A stretch of DNA of 61,849 nt from Acidocella sp. (GCF_013044125.1 NZ_JABEVC010000220.1:1-61849), one strand, 5' to 3'. Positions 41,195-51,849 are shown, numbered from the stretch's first letter. Program-made: numbers and translations. The notes: generated by a model from the sequence alone, not told the origin.

Positions 41195-42376
41195 ATGTCC
41201 AACCCAGACCCCGAACTGGCCGCCCGGCTGACGCGCGATGTCGAGCGCTTCGTGCGCGAGGTGGTGATCCCCTATGAGACAGACCCGCGCCGCGGCCCGC
41301 ACGGCCCGCTCGATTCACTGGTGCTGGAACTGCGCGAGAAAGCCCGCGCGGCCGGGGTGCTCACCCCGCACATCCGCCCCGGCGGCGCGCATCTCACCCA
41401 GCGTGAAACCGCCGCCATCCTCAAAAAATCCGGCCTCTCGCCGCTTGGCCCGCTGGCGTGCAACACCGCGGCCCCCGATGAAGGCAACATGTTCCTCATG
41501 GGCCGCGTGGCCAGCGCCGCGCAAAAGGCGGAATTCCTGCAGCCCGTCGTCGAGGGGCGGGCGCGCTCAGCCTTCCTGATGACCGAACCCGCCGCCGAGG
41601 GCGGCGCCGGCTCCGACCCCTCGATGCTCAAAACCCACGCGGTGCGCGCGGGCGATGAATGGGTCATCAACGGCCGCAAGGCTTTCATCACCGGGTTTGA
41701 CGGCGCGCATACCGGCATCGTGATGGCCCGCACGCGCGACGGCGAGCGCCCGGCCGCCACCATGTTCCTCGTCAGGCTCCCGCACCCGGCCATCCGCATC
41801 GAGCGCATCCTGAACACCATCGACAGCTCCATGCCCGGCGGCCATGCGGTGCTCGACATCGAAAATCTGCGCGTCCCGGCCGCCAATGTTCTGGGCGAGG
41901 TGGACGAGGGCTTCAAATACGCCCAGGTCCGCCTCTCGCCCGCGCGGCTTTCGCATTGCATGCGCTGGTGGGGCACCGCCGCGCGCGCGCAGGAGATCGC
42001 CAGCCAATACGCCTGCACGCGCGAGGCCTTCGGCAAAAAACTCATTGAGCATGAGGGCGTGGGCTTCATGCTGGCGGAAAACCTCATCGCGCTGAAGCAG
42101 GCGGAGCTGATGATCGACTGGTGCGCCGATGTGCTCGATACTGGCGAATCCGGCACGGTGGAGAGCTCCATGACCAAGGTTGCGGTCTCCGAACTACTCT
42201 TTGCCATCGCCGATCGCTGCGTCCAGGTGATGGGCGGCACCGGCGTCACCGGGGATACGATCGTCGAGCAGGTATTCCGTGAAATCCGCGCGTTCCGGAT
42301 TTATGACGGTCCGACCGAGGTGCATAAATGGTCTCTCGCGCGCAAAATCCGCCGCGACCACGCGAAGCAGCCATGA
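41195..42376 (+). CDS. Acyl-CoA dehydrogenase-family protein, LvaC/ACAD11-like
   Basis: APDEGN, AQVRLSPARLSHCMRW, RIYDGPTEVH motifs. Confidence 0.87.
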   Translation: MSNPDPELAARLTRDVERFVREVVIPYETDPRRGPHGPLDSLVLELREKARAAGVLTPHIRPGGAHLTQRETAAILKKSGLSPLGPLACNTAAPDEGNMFLMGRVASAAQKAEFLQPVVEGRARSAFLMTEPAAEGGAGSDPSMLKTHAVRAGDEWVINGRKAFITGFDGAHTGIVMARTRDGERPAATMFLVRLPHPAIRIERILNTIDSSMPGGHAVLDIENLRVPAANVLGEVDEGFKYAQVRLSPARLSHCMRWWGTAARAQEIASQYACTREAFGKKLIEHEGVGFMLAENLIALKQAELMIDWCADVLDTGESGTVESSMTKVAVSELLFAIADRCVQVMGGTGVTGDTIVEQVFREIRAFRIYDGPTEVHKWSLARKIRRDHAKQP

Positions 42377-43422
42377 GCGGGACTGAAAACGAGGGGACCA
42401 CCGCGGTCCGCCCCGGCTTCGGCTTCGATGAAGCTCGTCTGGCCGGGTGGATGGAAGCGCATGTCGAAGGGTTTTCCGGGCCGCTCAGCGTACGCCAGTT
42501 CAGGGGCGGGCAGTCCAACCCCACCTACCAGCTCGTCACACCCGGGCGGCGCTATGTGCTGCGCCGCAAGCCGCCGGGGCAGTTGCTCAAGGGCGCCCAC
42601 GCGGTGGAGCGCGAGGCGCGGGTGCTGAGCGCGCTCTCCGGCTCCGGCCTGCCGGTGCCCCGCGTCTTTGGCCTCTGCACCGATGAGAGCGTGCTCGGCA
42701 CCTGGTTTTTCATCATGGAGATGGTGGAAGGGCGGATCTTCTGGGACGCGACCTTCCCCGATGTCGCGCGCGCATCCCGCCCCGCCTATTTCGCCGCGAT
42801 GAACGGCGCCATCGCCGCGCTCCACAAGGCTGATTACACGGCGCTCGGTCTGGGTGATTTCGGCCGCACGGGGAATTATTTCTCCCGCCAGATCGAACGC
42901 TGGGCCGGGCAGTATGAGGCAGACCATGAGGCCGGGCGCGACGCCAACATGGACCGGCTGATCAGCTGGCTGCGCGCCCATATCCCCGCTGACGACACCA
43001 CCAGCCTGGTCCATGGCGATTTCCGGTGCGACAACATGATCTTCCACCCCACCGAGCCGCGCGTGCTCGCCGTGCTGGACTGGGAGCTCTCAACCCTCGG
43101 CCACCCGCTGGCTGATTTCGCCTATCACGCCATGATGTACCGCATGCCGCCGCATATCGTGGCGGGGCTGAAGGGCGCGGATCTCGCCGCGCTCAACATT
43201 CCCGCCGAGGCAGACTACATCGCCGCCTATTGCGCCAATACCGGGCGCGCGAGCATCCCGGATTACAAATTCTACGCGGCGTTCTCGTTCTTTCGCATCG
43301 CGGCGATCTTTCACGGGGTGAAGGGGCGCGTGCTGCGCGGCACGGCGGCCTCTGCGCAGGCGCTGGAGCGGGTGCAGGTGCTGCCCGAGCTGATGGCCCT
43401 GGCCGGGGCGCAGGCGGCCTGA
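42373..43422 (+). CDS. APH-family phosphotransferase (ACAD10/11 kinase-like)
   Basis: GGQSNPTY, LRRKPPG, HAVERE, HGDFRCDN, LDWELSTLGHP; ATGA overlap. Confidence 0.88.
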   Translation: MSGTENEGTTAVRPGFGFDEARLAGWMEAHVEGFSGPLSVRQFRGGQSNPTYQLVTPGRRYVLRRKPPGQLLKGAHAVEREARVLSALSGSGLPVPRVFGLCTDESVLGTWFFIMEMVEGRIFWDATFPDVARASRPAYFAAMNGAIAALHKADYTALGLGDFGRTGNYFSRQIERWAGQYEADHEAGRDANMDRLISWLRAHIPADDTTSLVHGDFRCDNMIFHPTEPRVLAVLDWELSTLGHPLADFAYHAMMYRMPPHIVAGLKGADLAALNIPAEADYIAAYCANTGRASIPDYKFYAAFSFFRIAAIFHGVKGRVLRGTAASAQALERVQVLPELMALAGAQAA

Positions 43423-43441
43423 GCCGCCTGCGCCGCCTGCC

Positions 43442-44182
43442 TCACGGGGCCAGAAACCCGCCATCGACCGCCAGCAGCGCGCCGCTGACATAGGCGGCCT
43501 CATCCCCCGCCAGCCAGAACACCGCCTTGGCGATATCCTCTGGCATGCCCAGCCGGCCCAGCGGCACATCGCCCACGATCGCCGGCGGCCAGGCATCCCC
43601 CGCCGCCGCGCGCAGCATCGGCGTGTCGATCGGCCCCGGCGCGATCGCGTTCACGCGGATATTGCTGGAACCATTCTCCAGCGCGGCCGCGCGCGTCAAT
43701 GCGACCACGGCCGATTTGCTGGCGGCATAAAACGCCGCCCCCGGATAGACGACCCGCACCCCCTGCACCGAGGCGATGTTGACAATCGCCCCCCGGCCCG
43801 CCGCGCGCATCGCCAGCAGCGCATGCTTCATGCCGAACACCACGCCCTTCACATTCACCCCCAGCACGGCATCCAGCGCCTCGGCGCTCTGCTCATGGAT
43901 CGGCACCCACGGCCCGAGGATGGCGGCATTGTTGACCATGACATCCAACCGGCCAAAACGCTGTTTCGCGGTTTCCACCAGCGCGGCCACATCGGCCTCC
44001 TGCGCGACATTGGCCCGCTGCGCAATCGCGCGCCCGCCCGCCGCCTCAATCGCGGCCACGGTCTGCGCCAGCCCGGCCTCGTTCAAATCCGCCACCAGAA
44101 CCCTATCCCCGGCTTTTGCAAAAGCCTCGGCAATGGCCCGGCCCATGCCGCCGCCAGCTCCCGTTACGATGACACCACGCAT
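43442..44182 (-). CDS. SDR oxidoreductase
   Basis: TGAGGGMG, NNAA, YAASK, NAIAPG. Confidence 0.87.
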   Translation of the reverse strand: MRGVIVTGAGGGMGRAIAEAFAKAGDRVLVADLNEAGLAQTVAAIEAAGGRAIAQRANVAQEADVAALVETAKQRFGRLDVMVNNAAILGPWVPIHEQSAEALDAVLGVNVKGVVFGMKHALLAMRAAGRGAIVNIASVQGVRVVYPGAAFYAASKSAVVALTRAAALENGSSNIRVNAIAPGPIDTPMLRAAAGDAWPPAIVGDVPLGRLGMPEDIAKAVFWLAGDEAAYVSGALLAVDGGFLAP

Positions 44183-44283
44183 GATATTTTCAATCCTTTC
44201 CTGTTGAATGCAACACGATTACAATTCAGGCAAAGCCCCGCCCCAGCGTGCGCCCGCCAGAACCATCAGGCCCGGAGACACAG

Positions 44284-44880
44284 ATGCCCGCCATAGTCGA
44301 CCATGATGAGCGCCGCCGCGAGGTGACAGAGGCCGCCTTCCGGCTGATCGCGAAAGGCGGTCTGGCGGCGCTCACCGTGCGCGCCGCCGCCGATGAGGTT
44401 GGCTATTCGACCGCCGTGGTCAGCCATTACTTCGAGAACAAGCGCCAACTCCTGATCCAGACCTACGAGCTGAGCGCCGAGGGCGCCGCCGCGCGGTTTT
44501 TCGCCGCGCGCGAGGCCGGAGCGGATCTGGCCGGCTGCCTCGCCGTGTTGCTGCCGCTCGATGCAGCGCGCGCGGATGACTGGAACGTCTGGTTCTGCTT
44601 CTGGGGCGAGGCGGTGGCCGACCCGGAGCTCGGCATGCGCCAGCGCGCGCGGGTGAGCGACACCATCGGTTTCATCGGCGCGCTGCTGCGCCGCGACCGG
44701 CCCCACCTGCGCACCGCCGATGAGGCCATGATCGAGCACCTGGCCAGCCGGATTCTCTCCGTCTTGCTCGGCGTGGCCGTGCAGGCGCTGTTCTCCCCCG
44801 CGCTCTGGCCACCCGCCCGCCAGCTTCAGATCATTGCCGACGAACTGGCCAGTCTCGATCATCATGGCGCCTCATTGTAG
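44284..44880 (+). CDS. TetR-family regulator (BetI-like C-terminus)
   Basis: MPAIVDHDERR...TVRAAADEVGYSTAVVSHYFENK. Confidence 0.87.
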   Translation: MPAIVDHDERRREVTEAAFRLIAKGGLAALTVRAAADEVGYSTAVVSHYFENKRQLLIQTYELSAEGAAARFFAAREAGADLAGCLAVLLPLDAARADDWNVWFCFWGEAVADPELGMRQRARVSDTIGFIGALLRRDRPHLRTADEAMIEHLASRILSVLLGVAVQALFSPALWPPARQLQIIADELASLDHHGASL

Positions 44881-44933
44881 CCTGTCATAAGCCTGGCGCC
44901 CGGGCCCAGCCCGCAAAGCGCGCCGCCGCACGC

Positions 44934-45707
44934 TCACGCGCCGTGCCACTGCGGGGCGCGCTTCTCTACAAAGGCGGCCATGCCTTCCACCTTGTCCTGC
45001 GTGGCGCAAAGCCCGTTGAACAACCGGCGCTCAAACAGCAGCCCGTGCGCCAGCCCGGTCTCAAACGCGGCGTTCACCATTTCCTTGTTGGCCATCGCGG
45101 CCAGCGGCGCCATCGCGGCGATCGCCTGCGCCTGCGCCAGCGCCTCCTCCAGCAGCCGCGCCGCCGGCACGACCTGCGCCACTAGCGAGGCCCGCTCCGC
45201 CTCCTCGGCATTCATCATGCGCCCGGTGAGGCACATCTGCATCGCCTTCGCCTTGCCGACCGCCCGCGTCAACCGTTGCGAGCCACCCATGCCCGGTGCA
45301 ACCCCCAGCTTGATCTCTGGCTGGCCAAACTTCGCGGTGTCAGCGGCAATAATGTAATCAGCCATCATCGCCAGCTCGCAACCGCCGCCCAGCGCGAACC
45401 CGCCCACCGCCGCGATCCAGGGTTTGCGCGCGGCGCTCACCCGCTCGAATCCGGCAAAAAAATTCTCGCCGTACATGGCCGAGAAGCCCTTGGGCTGCAT
45501 CTCCTTGATATCCGCCCCGGCGGCAAACGCCTTCTCGGAACCGGTGAGCACCAGGCAGCGCTGGCTCTCATCGGCATCATAGGCGGCAAACGCGGCGATC
45601 AGCTCACGCAGCACCTGGCTGTTCAACGCATTCAGCGCGTTAGGGCGGTTCAACCGCAGCAGGGTCACCGCGCCATGCGTCTCGGCAAGCAAAGTCTCGT
45701 AGGTCAC
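44934..45707 (-). CDS. Enoyl-CoA hydratase
   Basis: [28 protein letters not shown] (both catalytic Glu present). Confidence 0.9.
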   Translation of the reverse strand: MTYETLLAETHGAVTLLRLNRPNALNALNSQVLRELIAAFAAYDADESQRCLVLTGSEKAFAAGADIKEMQPKGFSAMYGENFFAGFERVSAARKPWIAAVGGFALGGGCELAMMADYIIAADTAKFGQPEIKLGVAPGMGGSQRLTRAVGKAKAMQMCLTGRMMNAEEAERASLVAQVVPAARLLEEALAQAQAIAAMAPLAAMANKEMVNAAFETGLAHGLLFERRLFNGLCATQDKVEGMAAFVEKRAPQWHGA

Positions 45708-45748
45708 ATCACACCCTTTCAAAAACAAACACATCCCCGCGCCGCGGC

Positions 45749-46537
45749 TCAGCCCCCGGCCGGAAAATCCGGCTTGCGCCTGGCCAGAAACGCGGCAATC
45801 CCCTCGCGCGCCTCGGCGTCATTGCCACTCTGCGCAATGGCGCGCGCCTCGGCGTCAAGCTGGGCGGGCAAGGTGGCGGCAAAACTCTCAAGCAACAGGG
45901 CGCGCGTGCGCCCCCAGGCGCGCACCGCCCCGCCCGCCACCCGCGCGGCCATCTCGTCCGCCTCGGCCTGCAACGTCTCATCGGGGTAAAGCCGGGTGAT
46001 CATCCCCTCGGCCAGCGCCTGCTCAGCATTCAGGCGAAGCCCCAGCAGCAACATCTCCTGCGCGCGGCGCAACCCCACCAGCCTGGGCAACAGCCAGCTC
46101 GCCCCGCCATCGGGCGAGAGGCCAATGCCGCCATAGGCCGGCGCGAACACAGCACTTTGCCCCGCCAACACCAGATCGCCCGCCAGCGCCAGGCTGAATC
46201 CCGCCCCCGCCGCCGGCCCGTTCACCGCCGTGATCAGGGGCTTCTCCATCCGCGCGAAAATCGCCATCGCGGCGTGCAAATCGGCGGTCAAAGCCCGGGT
46301 GAGCGCGCCCAAATTCTCAAGCTGCGAGGAAAACGCCCCGATATCCCCGCCCGCGCAAAACATCCGCCCGCCCGCGCCCAGCACCACGCAGCGTATCGCC
46401 AGGTCCTCGGCGCACACAATCGCCGCCTCGCGCAGCGCCCTGGCCATGGCGGGGTCTATGGCATTTCCAGCCTCGGGGCGGTTCAGCGTCAGCCTCGCCA
46501 CAGCGCCCGCGCGCGTCAGCAGAACCGGATCCGTCAT
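45749..46537 (-). CDS. Enoyl-CoA hydratase/isomerase, PaaG-like
   Basis: [24 protein letters not shown] (Asp-type isomerase). Confidence 0.85.
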   Translation of the reverse strand: MTDPVLLTRAGAVARLTLNRPEAGNAIDPAMARALREAAIVCAEDLAIRCVVLGAGGRMFCAGGDIGAFSSQLENLGALTRALTADLHAAMAIFARMEKPLITAVNGPAAGAGFSLALAGDLVLAGQSAVFAPAYGGIGLSPDGGASWLLPRLVGLRRAQEMLLLGLRLNAEQALAEGMITRLYPDETLQAEADEMAARVAGGAVRAWGRTRALLLESFAATLPAQLDAEARAIAQSGNDAEAREGIAAFLARRKPDFPAGG

Positions 46538-47313
46538 GCCGCATCCCCCAGCAGCCAGGCCAGCCCGTTGCCGAGCAGGCGCCGCAGCCCCTCATTGGCG
46601 TAGGCCTCGGCTGAATCACCGCATTGGATGTAGAGGATCGGGCTGTTGCGCTCGCGCCGCGTCCAGGCGATCAGATGACTCCCCGGCGGATGCGTCCACC
46701 CCTCGCGGCTATGGAACGCGCCGCGCATCGCCGCCGCCGCGGACCAGAAATTCTCCGCGGCAAACACATGGTCACTGGCCAGCAGAGGAACGATGCTGTC
46801 ATCGAACACCTCGAACAGATAAAGCTCGTCGGTAATCTCAAACCCCTGTTCCAGCCCCTCCAGCACGGGGTGGCGCGCCAGCGGGCGCACATGATGCCTC
46901 ACCGCATGGCGATAACCGGAATCCGGGCGCAACCGCCCCCGGACCTCACCCGGCTGGTAGAGAAACCGCCCGCCGATAATCTCGCCATAACGCGGCCAGG
47001 CGGGCCATCCGGCGATGGCGTGGTGCAAAAACAGCAGCGGCTTGCCCGCCGCGAGCAGCGCCTCTACATGCGCCCGATACGCAGCGCCCGGCGGTTCAAA
47101 AACCGGCGGCTCAGGAACCCGGAAGTCAATTCCAGGCATGTCGTAGAACAGCACGGTATCGAAACGGGTCACGAAATCCGGCGCCAGGGCCGCCTCCACC
47201 GCCGGATGCTCAACCAGCGTGAACTCATGCCCGCCAGGCAGCGCCGCCAGCATCTGCGAAAATGCATTGCGGTCATAAGGATGGCCTTTGACCGGCACCA
47301 GAATCGCGGCCAT
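46534..47313 (-). CDS. ThuA-domain protein
   Basis: KGHP, FYDMPG, FLHH, DELY, YIQCGD class I amidotransferase-like fold. Confidence 0.7.
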   Translation of the reverse strand: MAAILVPVKGHPYDRNAFSQMLAALPGGHEFTLVEHPAVEAALAPDFVTRFDTVLFYDMPGIDFRVPEPPVFEPPGAAYRAHVEALLAAGKPLLFLHHAIAGWPAWPRYGEIIGGRFLYQPGEVRGRLRPDSGYRHAVRHHVRPLARHPVLEGLEQGFEITDELYLFEVFDDSIVPLLASDHVFAAENFWSAAAAMRGAFHSREGWTHPPGSHLIAWTRRERNSPILYIQCGDSAEAYANEGLRRLLGNGLAWLLGDAA

Positions 47314-47850
47314 TCAGCCAAGCCTCCGCACCGGGCCGGTGCCATCCCAGTCCACTGACAGACTCTTAATCCGGGCAAACAAATCCAGCACCGCCTGGGT
47401 TGGCTGCAACACCTCCACCACCGAGCCCGGCCCGCCGCCCGTCTCGGCATAAATCACCTCGGCGCCGCCAGGCAGAAACGCTTCCTGCACCACGGTGCCT
47501 CCGGCATCGGCGATGATCCGCCGCGCCCCGGGCATGTCACTGGTGACCAGGCACACATGGTGCAGCCCCTCGCGCCCCTCATCGCGCCACGCCTTGTAGA
47601 TCGAGGGCGCATCGTCATGCTGCACGATGATCTCGATCTGCAAATCGCCCCAATAGCCGATATACGCGCTGAAATCGATCGCCGCCGGCGCGCCCTTATA
47701 GGTTGCGGCATCCATCTGGAGATGCTCCAGCGCCACGAATGGCCCCGCGCCCATGGTCTGCGTCCAATATGTCAGCGCCGCGTCCACATCCCCCGGAACA
47801 AAAGCCAGCTGCATGGCGCCGCCAATCCCGCCAATCAGATTTTCGCGCAT
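47314..47850 (-). CDS. VOC-family protein (methylmalonyl-CoA epimerase-like)
   Basis: QLAFV, QIEII, GLHHV, VEVL metal-ligand pattern. Confidence 0.78.
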   Translation of the reverse strand: MRENLIGGIGGAMQLAFVPGDVDAALTYWTQTMGAGPFVALEHLQMDAATYKGAPAAIDFSAYIGYWGDLQIEIIVQHDDAPSIYKAWRDEGREGLHHVCLVTSDMPGARRIIADAGGTVVQEAFLPGGAEVIYAETGGGPGSVVEVLQPTQAVLDLFARIKSLSVDWDGTGPVRRLG

Positions 47851-47887
47851 CCATCCGCGTCCTTTTGTTTTTCCTGGCTCTACAAAA

Positions 47888-48640
47888 CTACTTCGCCGTC
47901 ACCGCGTCATCGATGACGAGTTCCGCGGCATTAACCATGCGGCTCTCATCGGAGGCCAGATACAGCACCAGATTCGCGATATCCTCAGGCTGGCCAACCT
48001 TTGGCGCCTTGGCGGGGTCGGCCGCCGGCACTTCCAACCCGCGGCGTTTCACCTCCTCGGCGGCCGCAGCGGTCATATCGCTGGCGATAATTCCAGGCAA
48101 AATCGCGTTCACCCGGATATTGTAGCCCTGCTCCTGGCAATACACCGCGATATTGCGCGACATCGAACGCACCGCCCCCTTGGCGGCGGCATAGGAACAT
48201 ACGATCGGATAGGCGTTCAGCGCCGCCACCGACGACATATTGATAATCGATCCGCCGCCCGATTTGCGCATCAGCGGTATGGCTGCCTGGCACCCCAGAA
48301 ACGTCCCCTCGGCCGAGATGGCATAGACCCTTCTGAAATTCTCCAGCGTCGATTCCTCGATGGTCGTGAAATCGACAATCCCGGCGTTATTGACCAGCAC
48401 ATCCAGCCGCCCGAATCTGGTCTCCGCCAGCGCGATCACTTCCGCCCAGCCTTCCGGAGAGCTGACATCCTGCACAACCCCGATCGCGCCTTCAATCCCT
48501 GCCGCGGTTTCCATAACGCCCGGGCTGATGTCAGTGAGGATAACGCTCGCCCCCTCCTTGGCGAGCAAACGCGCATCCGCGGCACCGAGCCCGCGCGCCG
48601 CACCCGTCACAATGGCAACCTTGCCTGATACCCGCCCCAT
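47888..48640 (-). CDS. SDR, 3beta-HSD/cyclopentanol dehydrogenase-like
   Basis: TGAARGLG, GTFLGCQ, YAAAKGAVRSMS. Confidence 0.87.
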   Translation of the reverse strand: MGRVSGKVAIVTGAARGLGAADARLLAKEGASVILTDISPGVMETAAGIEGAIGVVQDVSSPEGWAEVIALAETRFGRLDVLVNNAGIVDFTTIEESTLENFRRVYAISAEGTFLGCQAAIPLMRKSGGGSIINMSSVAALNAYPIVCSYAAAKGAVRSMSRNIAVYCQEQGYNIRVNAILPGIIASDMTAAAAEEVKRRGLEVPAADPAKAPKVGQPEDIANLVLYLASDESRMVNAAELVIDDAVTAK

Positions 48641-48659
48641 GTCCCATTCCTTCTTGTTT

Positions 48660-49850
48660 CTAAAGTTTCAGCAATTGCTTGGCGATAATGGTTCTTTGAA
48701 TTTCAGATGACCCGCCGAAAATCGTATTCGCCCTGGTGTTCAAATACCGCGACAGCGCCGGCTTGTTGGCGTCCTCATCAGGCGTTGAACAAATTTCATG
48801 AAACGCCCGGCGTGTTTCCCAGCGCAGCGCGGATTCGCCCGCCAGTTGCAACGCCATTTCCGTCACCTGCTGCTGCAGTTGGCTGACACGCAGCTTGAGA
48901 ATGGAGGATTCCGCACCCGGCGGCTCCCCGCGCGCGAGGCCGGAGAGCATTCTCAGCTCCATCATCTCCAGCGTGTCGATATCAATCCCAAGCCGTGAGA
49001 GCGAATATTCAATGTCCGGGTCGTCGATGTCGATGGCCAGCGCCCGGTCAAGCAATTCATTGAGCGAGCGCCGCAGCGCCGCAGCCGCCATCACGCTGCC
49101 GCGCTCGAATTCCAGCAGATATTTCGCAATCGCCCAGCCCTGGCCTTCATCGGCCACGAGATTGGCCACCGGCACGCGCGTATCGCCGAAAAATACCTCG
49201 TTGACCTCATGATCTCCGCCGATGGTGCGGATCGGGCGGACCTGCACCCCCGCCGCGCTCATGGGCACCAGCAGGCATGAGATTCCCGCCTGCGGCTTTG
49301 GCCCGTCGGATGTGCGCACAAGCGCGATCATCCAATTGGCCACATGGGCGTGCGTGGTCCATATCTTCGAGCCGTTCAGCACATAATCATCGCCCTGCCG
49401 CACCGCGCGCAGCTTGAGCGATGCCAGGTCAGACCCCGCCCCCGGCTCGGAGAATCCCTGGCACCAATAATCCTGCGCCTGAAGAATGCGCGGCAGAAAC
49501 CGCTTCTTCTGCGCGGCGGTGCCGAACTTGATCAGCACCGGGCCGACCATATGCAGGCCGATGGGTGAAATATAGGGGCTCGCCGCGCGTTCCATTTCGG
49601 AGGCGAATATATACCTGCGGGTCGCATCCCAGCCGGTGCCGCCATGTTCAACCGGCCAGTCAGGCGCCGCCCAGCCCTTGCGCGCCAAAATCTCATGCCA
49701 GGGGTGGGAGAGTTCGTATTCGGAGAAAACCGTCGTCGTCAACCGCTGCGCCCGCGCCATCTCCGGCGCCAGCTTCGCCTCCAGAAAAGCCCGCACCTCC
49801 TCGCGAAACGCCGCCGCATCCCCATCGAGCGTCAGATTCATTTTGTTCAT
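48660..49850 (-). CDS. Acyl-CoA dehydrogenase, PimC-like subunit
   Basis: WCQGFSEPGAGSDLASL, LEFERG, IFGGSSEIQR. Confidence 0.88.
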   Translation of the reverse strand: MNKMNLTLDGDAAAFREEVRAFLEAKLAPEMARAQRLTTTVFSEYELSHPWHEILARKGWAAPDWPVEHGGTGWDATRRYIFASEMERAASPYISPIGLHMVGPVLIKFGTAAQKKRFLPRILQAQDYWCQGFSEPGAGSDLASLKLRAVRQGDDYVLNGSKIWTTHAHVANWMIALVRTSDGPKPQAGISCLLVPMSAAGVQVRPIRTIGGDHEVNEVFFGDTRVPVANLVADEGQGWAIAKYLLEFERGSVMAAAALRRSLNELLDRALAIDIDDPDIEYSLSRLGIDIDTLEMMELRMLSGLARGEPPGAESSILKLRVSQLQQQVTEMALQLAGESALRWETRRAFHEICSTPDEDANKPALSRYLNTRANTIFGGSSEIQRTIIAKQLLKL

Positions 49851-51016
49851 AATGCATACTCCGGGCGTGTCTCGGGAACCGAAAGCAGCCCCTCGCGCAA
49901 CACCCCGCTGCGCCCCACCCAGGCATAGCGGCGCAGGTGAAAATTAATGTCGCCCAGCACCAGCTCAAACACGGTCAGGCGCTTGAAGTAGGCGCCAACC
50001 GGCAACTCATCGGTCACGCCCATGCCGCCGTGCAGCTGCACGGCCTGCTGGCCGATGAAACGGGCACATTCGGCGATCTTCACCCGCGCCGCCGAAACCG
50101 CGCGCACCCGCTCGTAATGCGGCGCCTCCGCCTTGAGCGCGCCCAGCAGCAAAATCGCCTCGGCCTCCGCACGTTTCACCGCCATATCCGCCATGCGGTG
50201 CGTCAGCGCCTGAAACGTGCCGATCGGCTTGCCGAACTGCACCCGCGTCTTGGCATATTCAACCGTCGCGCTCAGCAACACCTTCATCGCCCCCACCGCA
50301 TCCGCGCACAGCGCAATCGCCGCGCGGTCGAGCGCCGCCTCCACATAGGGCAGAACATCGCGCCTTGCGCCAAGCAACGCAGAGGGCGGCACGGTCACGT
50401 TGCGAAATTCCATATCCGCGAAATCCGCTCCATCCGCCCCTTGCCAGGCCCTGCGCGTCACGCCTGGCGCATCGGGGCCGATCATGAAAAGGCCAAACCC
50501 GCCCATCCCGTCCAGCCGCGCCAGCACCAGCAGCGTATCGGCCAGCCCGCCGCCGCGCACAGCCGTCTTGGCGCCGTTGAGCACCCACGCCCCCTGGCTG
50601 TGCGCCGCACGCGTCGCGATTGCCTCCAGCGCGGCGCGGCGCGGCGTCTCGCCAACAGCCAAGGCCAGCAAATGCGTCCCGGCCAGTACGCCCTCCAGCA
50701 CCGCATGCTGCGCCGCGTCTCCCAGCTTGGCGATCAGCTGCGCGCTGATGATAACCGGAATATACGGCTCAACAACCAGCGCCGCGCCGAACTGCTCGGC
50801 GATGATCACAACATCTTCCATCTTGCCGCCAAAGCCGCCAACCGATTCAGGAAGTGCGAGAGCCAGCCAGCCCATTTCCGCAAACCCCGCCCAGGCACCC
50901 GGCGCAAAGCCCGGCCGCGCACCCGGCGCCTCGCGAAACCTCGTGTATTGCTCAGCGAGAAACCGCCGCGCGCTTTCCTTCAGCAGGAGTTGCTCTTCCG
51001 CGGGAAGCAGATCCAT
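49847..51016 (-). CDS. Acyl-CoA dehydrogenase, PimD-like partner subunit
   Basis: RVQFGKPIGTFQAL, AVQLHGGMG; degenerate FAD motif; coupled to PimC-like gene. Confidence 0.85.
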   Translation of the reverse strand: MDLLPAEEQLLLKESARRFLAEQYTRFREAPGARPGFAPGAWAGFAEMGWLALALPESVGGFGGKMEDVVIIAEQFGAALVVEPYIPVIISAQLIAKLGDAAQHAVLEGVLAGTHLLALAVGETPRRAALEAIATRAAHSQGAWVLNGAKTAVRGGGLADTLLVLARLDGMGGFGLFMIGPDAPGVTRRAWQGADGADFADMEFRNVTVPPSALLGARRDVLPYVEAALDRAAIALCADAVGAMKVLLSATVEYAKTRVQFGKPIGTFQALTHRMADMAVKRAEAEAILLLGALKAEAPHYERVRAVSAARVKIAECARFIGQQAVQLHGGMGVTDELPVGAYFKRLTVFELVLGDINFHLRRYAWVGRSGVLREGLLSVPETRPEYAL

Positions 51017-51027
51017 AGTCTTTCGCC

Positions 51028-51765
51028 TTACAGCTTGGCAGCCCAACGCAGGGCGCGACGGAGAATTTCGTAATAGCTCGGGGCGTTCCAGGCGCCGCGC
51101 TCGATATAGGGATACACAGCGATCAGCTCCGGCACATCAAACTTGCCGCGGCAATGGCCCAGCGTGCAGTACACAATCTCGCCGCCTGAATGCGCGCGAT
51201 GGTACAGCACCGGATGATCCGTCTCCGGCCACTCGTTGCGCACGAACGGATCGGCATTGCCGCCGTAGCGCGTGGTCATCAGCACATGGTTGCCGGGGTG
51301 GCAATCAGCCAGATACAGCTCATCCTCGACCCAGAAATCCGCAATGCCGCGGCTCAGATCATGGCCATCATCGCAAACCCTTACCTGGAATTTGCAAATC
51401 GGCGGATGCGCCTTGAACTGGCTGCCCAGCACCTCCATGAACTCCGGATGCGTGTCCGGCGCGTCGAACCGGCCATCATCGCGCTGCACCAGAACCGAGT
51501 TGGTGCCGTGCAGCGCCAGCCAGCGGCGGCCCTTGCCCAGGAAGGTTTTCAGCGCCGCCAGGCCGCGCGGGCTTGGCTGCACATCGCATGTGTAGCTCAC
51601 CACCACATCGGCGCTCTCAATGGCGTCGTAATTCTCGTAATCATCAACCACCTGAACACGCAGACGTTCATGCTCAGCCATCAGCTTCAAAAGCTCGAGC
51701 CGGGCGAAATCAAAATCGTGATACTTGCCGCCAGCGATGAGCAGCAGTTTGATCGGCGTTTCCAC
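51028..51765 (-). CDS. ThuA-domain protein
   Basis: GKYHD, ALHG, FKAHP, DELY, TLGH. Confidence 0.75.
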   Translation of the reverse strand: METPIKLLLIAGGKYHDFDFARLELLKLMAEHERLRVQVVDDYENYDAIESADVVVSYTCDVQPSPRGLAALKTFLGKGRRWLALHGTNSVLVQRDDGRFDAPDTHPEFMEVLGSQFKAHPPICKFQVRVCDDGHDLSRGIADFWVEDELYLADCHPGNHVLMTTRYGGNADPFVRNEWPETDHPVLYHRAHSGGEIVYCTLGHCRGKFDVPELIAVYPYIERGAWNAPSYYEILRRALRWAAKL

Positions 51766-51830
51766 GGCAGCGCCTCCTCCCGGAATTTTTTGACTTTATG
51801 ACAGGTGAGCCGATGATATATAGTGATTGT

Positions 51831-51849
51831 TTTTTTGTATATATTAAAA
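51831..51849. promoter_or_regulatory. Putative GntR operator in divergent promoter
   Basis: TTTTTTGTATATATTAAAA, identical to 19553-19571; flanking TATA cores at 21-bp spacing. Confidence 0.6.

Noticed and set aside
51787-51806. Possible fifth lux box (ACCTGTCATAAAGTCAAAAA on minus strand)
   Set aside because: Only a half-site, lacks the distal AG; recurrences of CCTGTCATA (44881, reverse at 56007) too short to support
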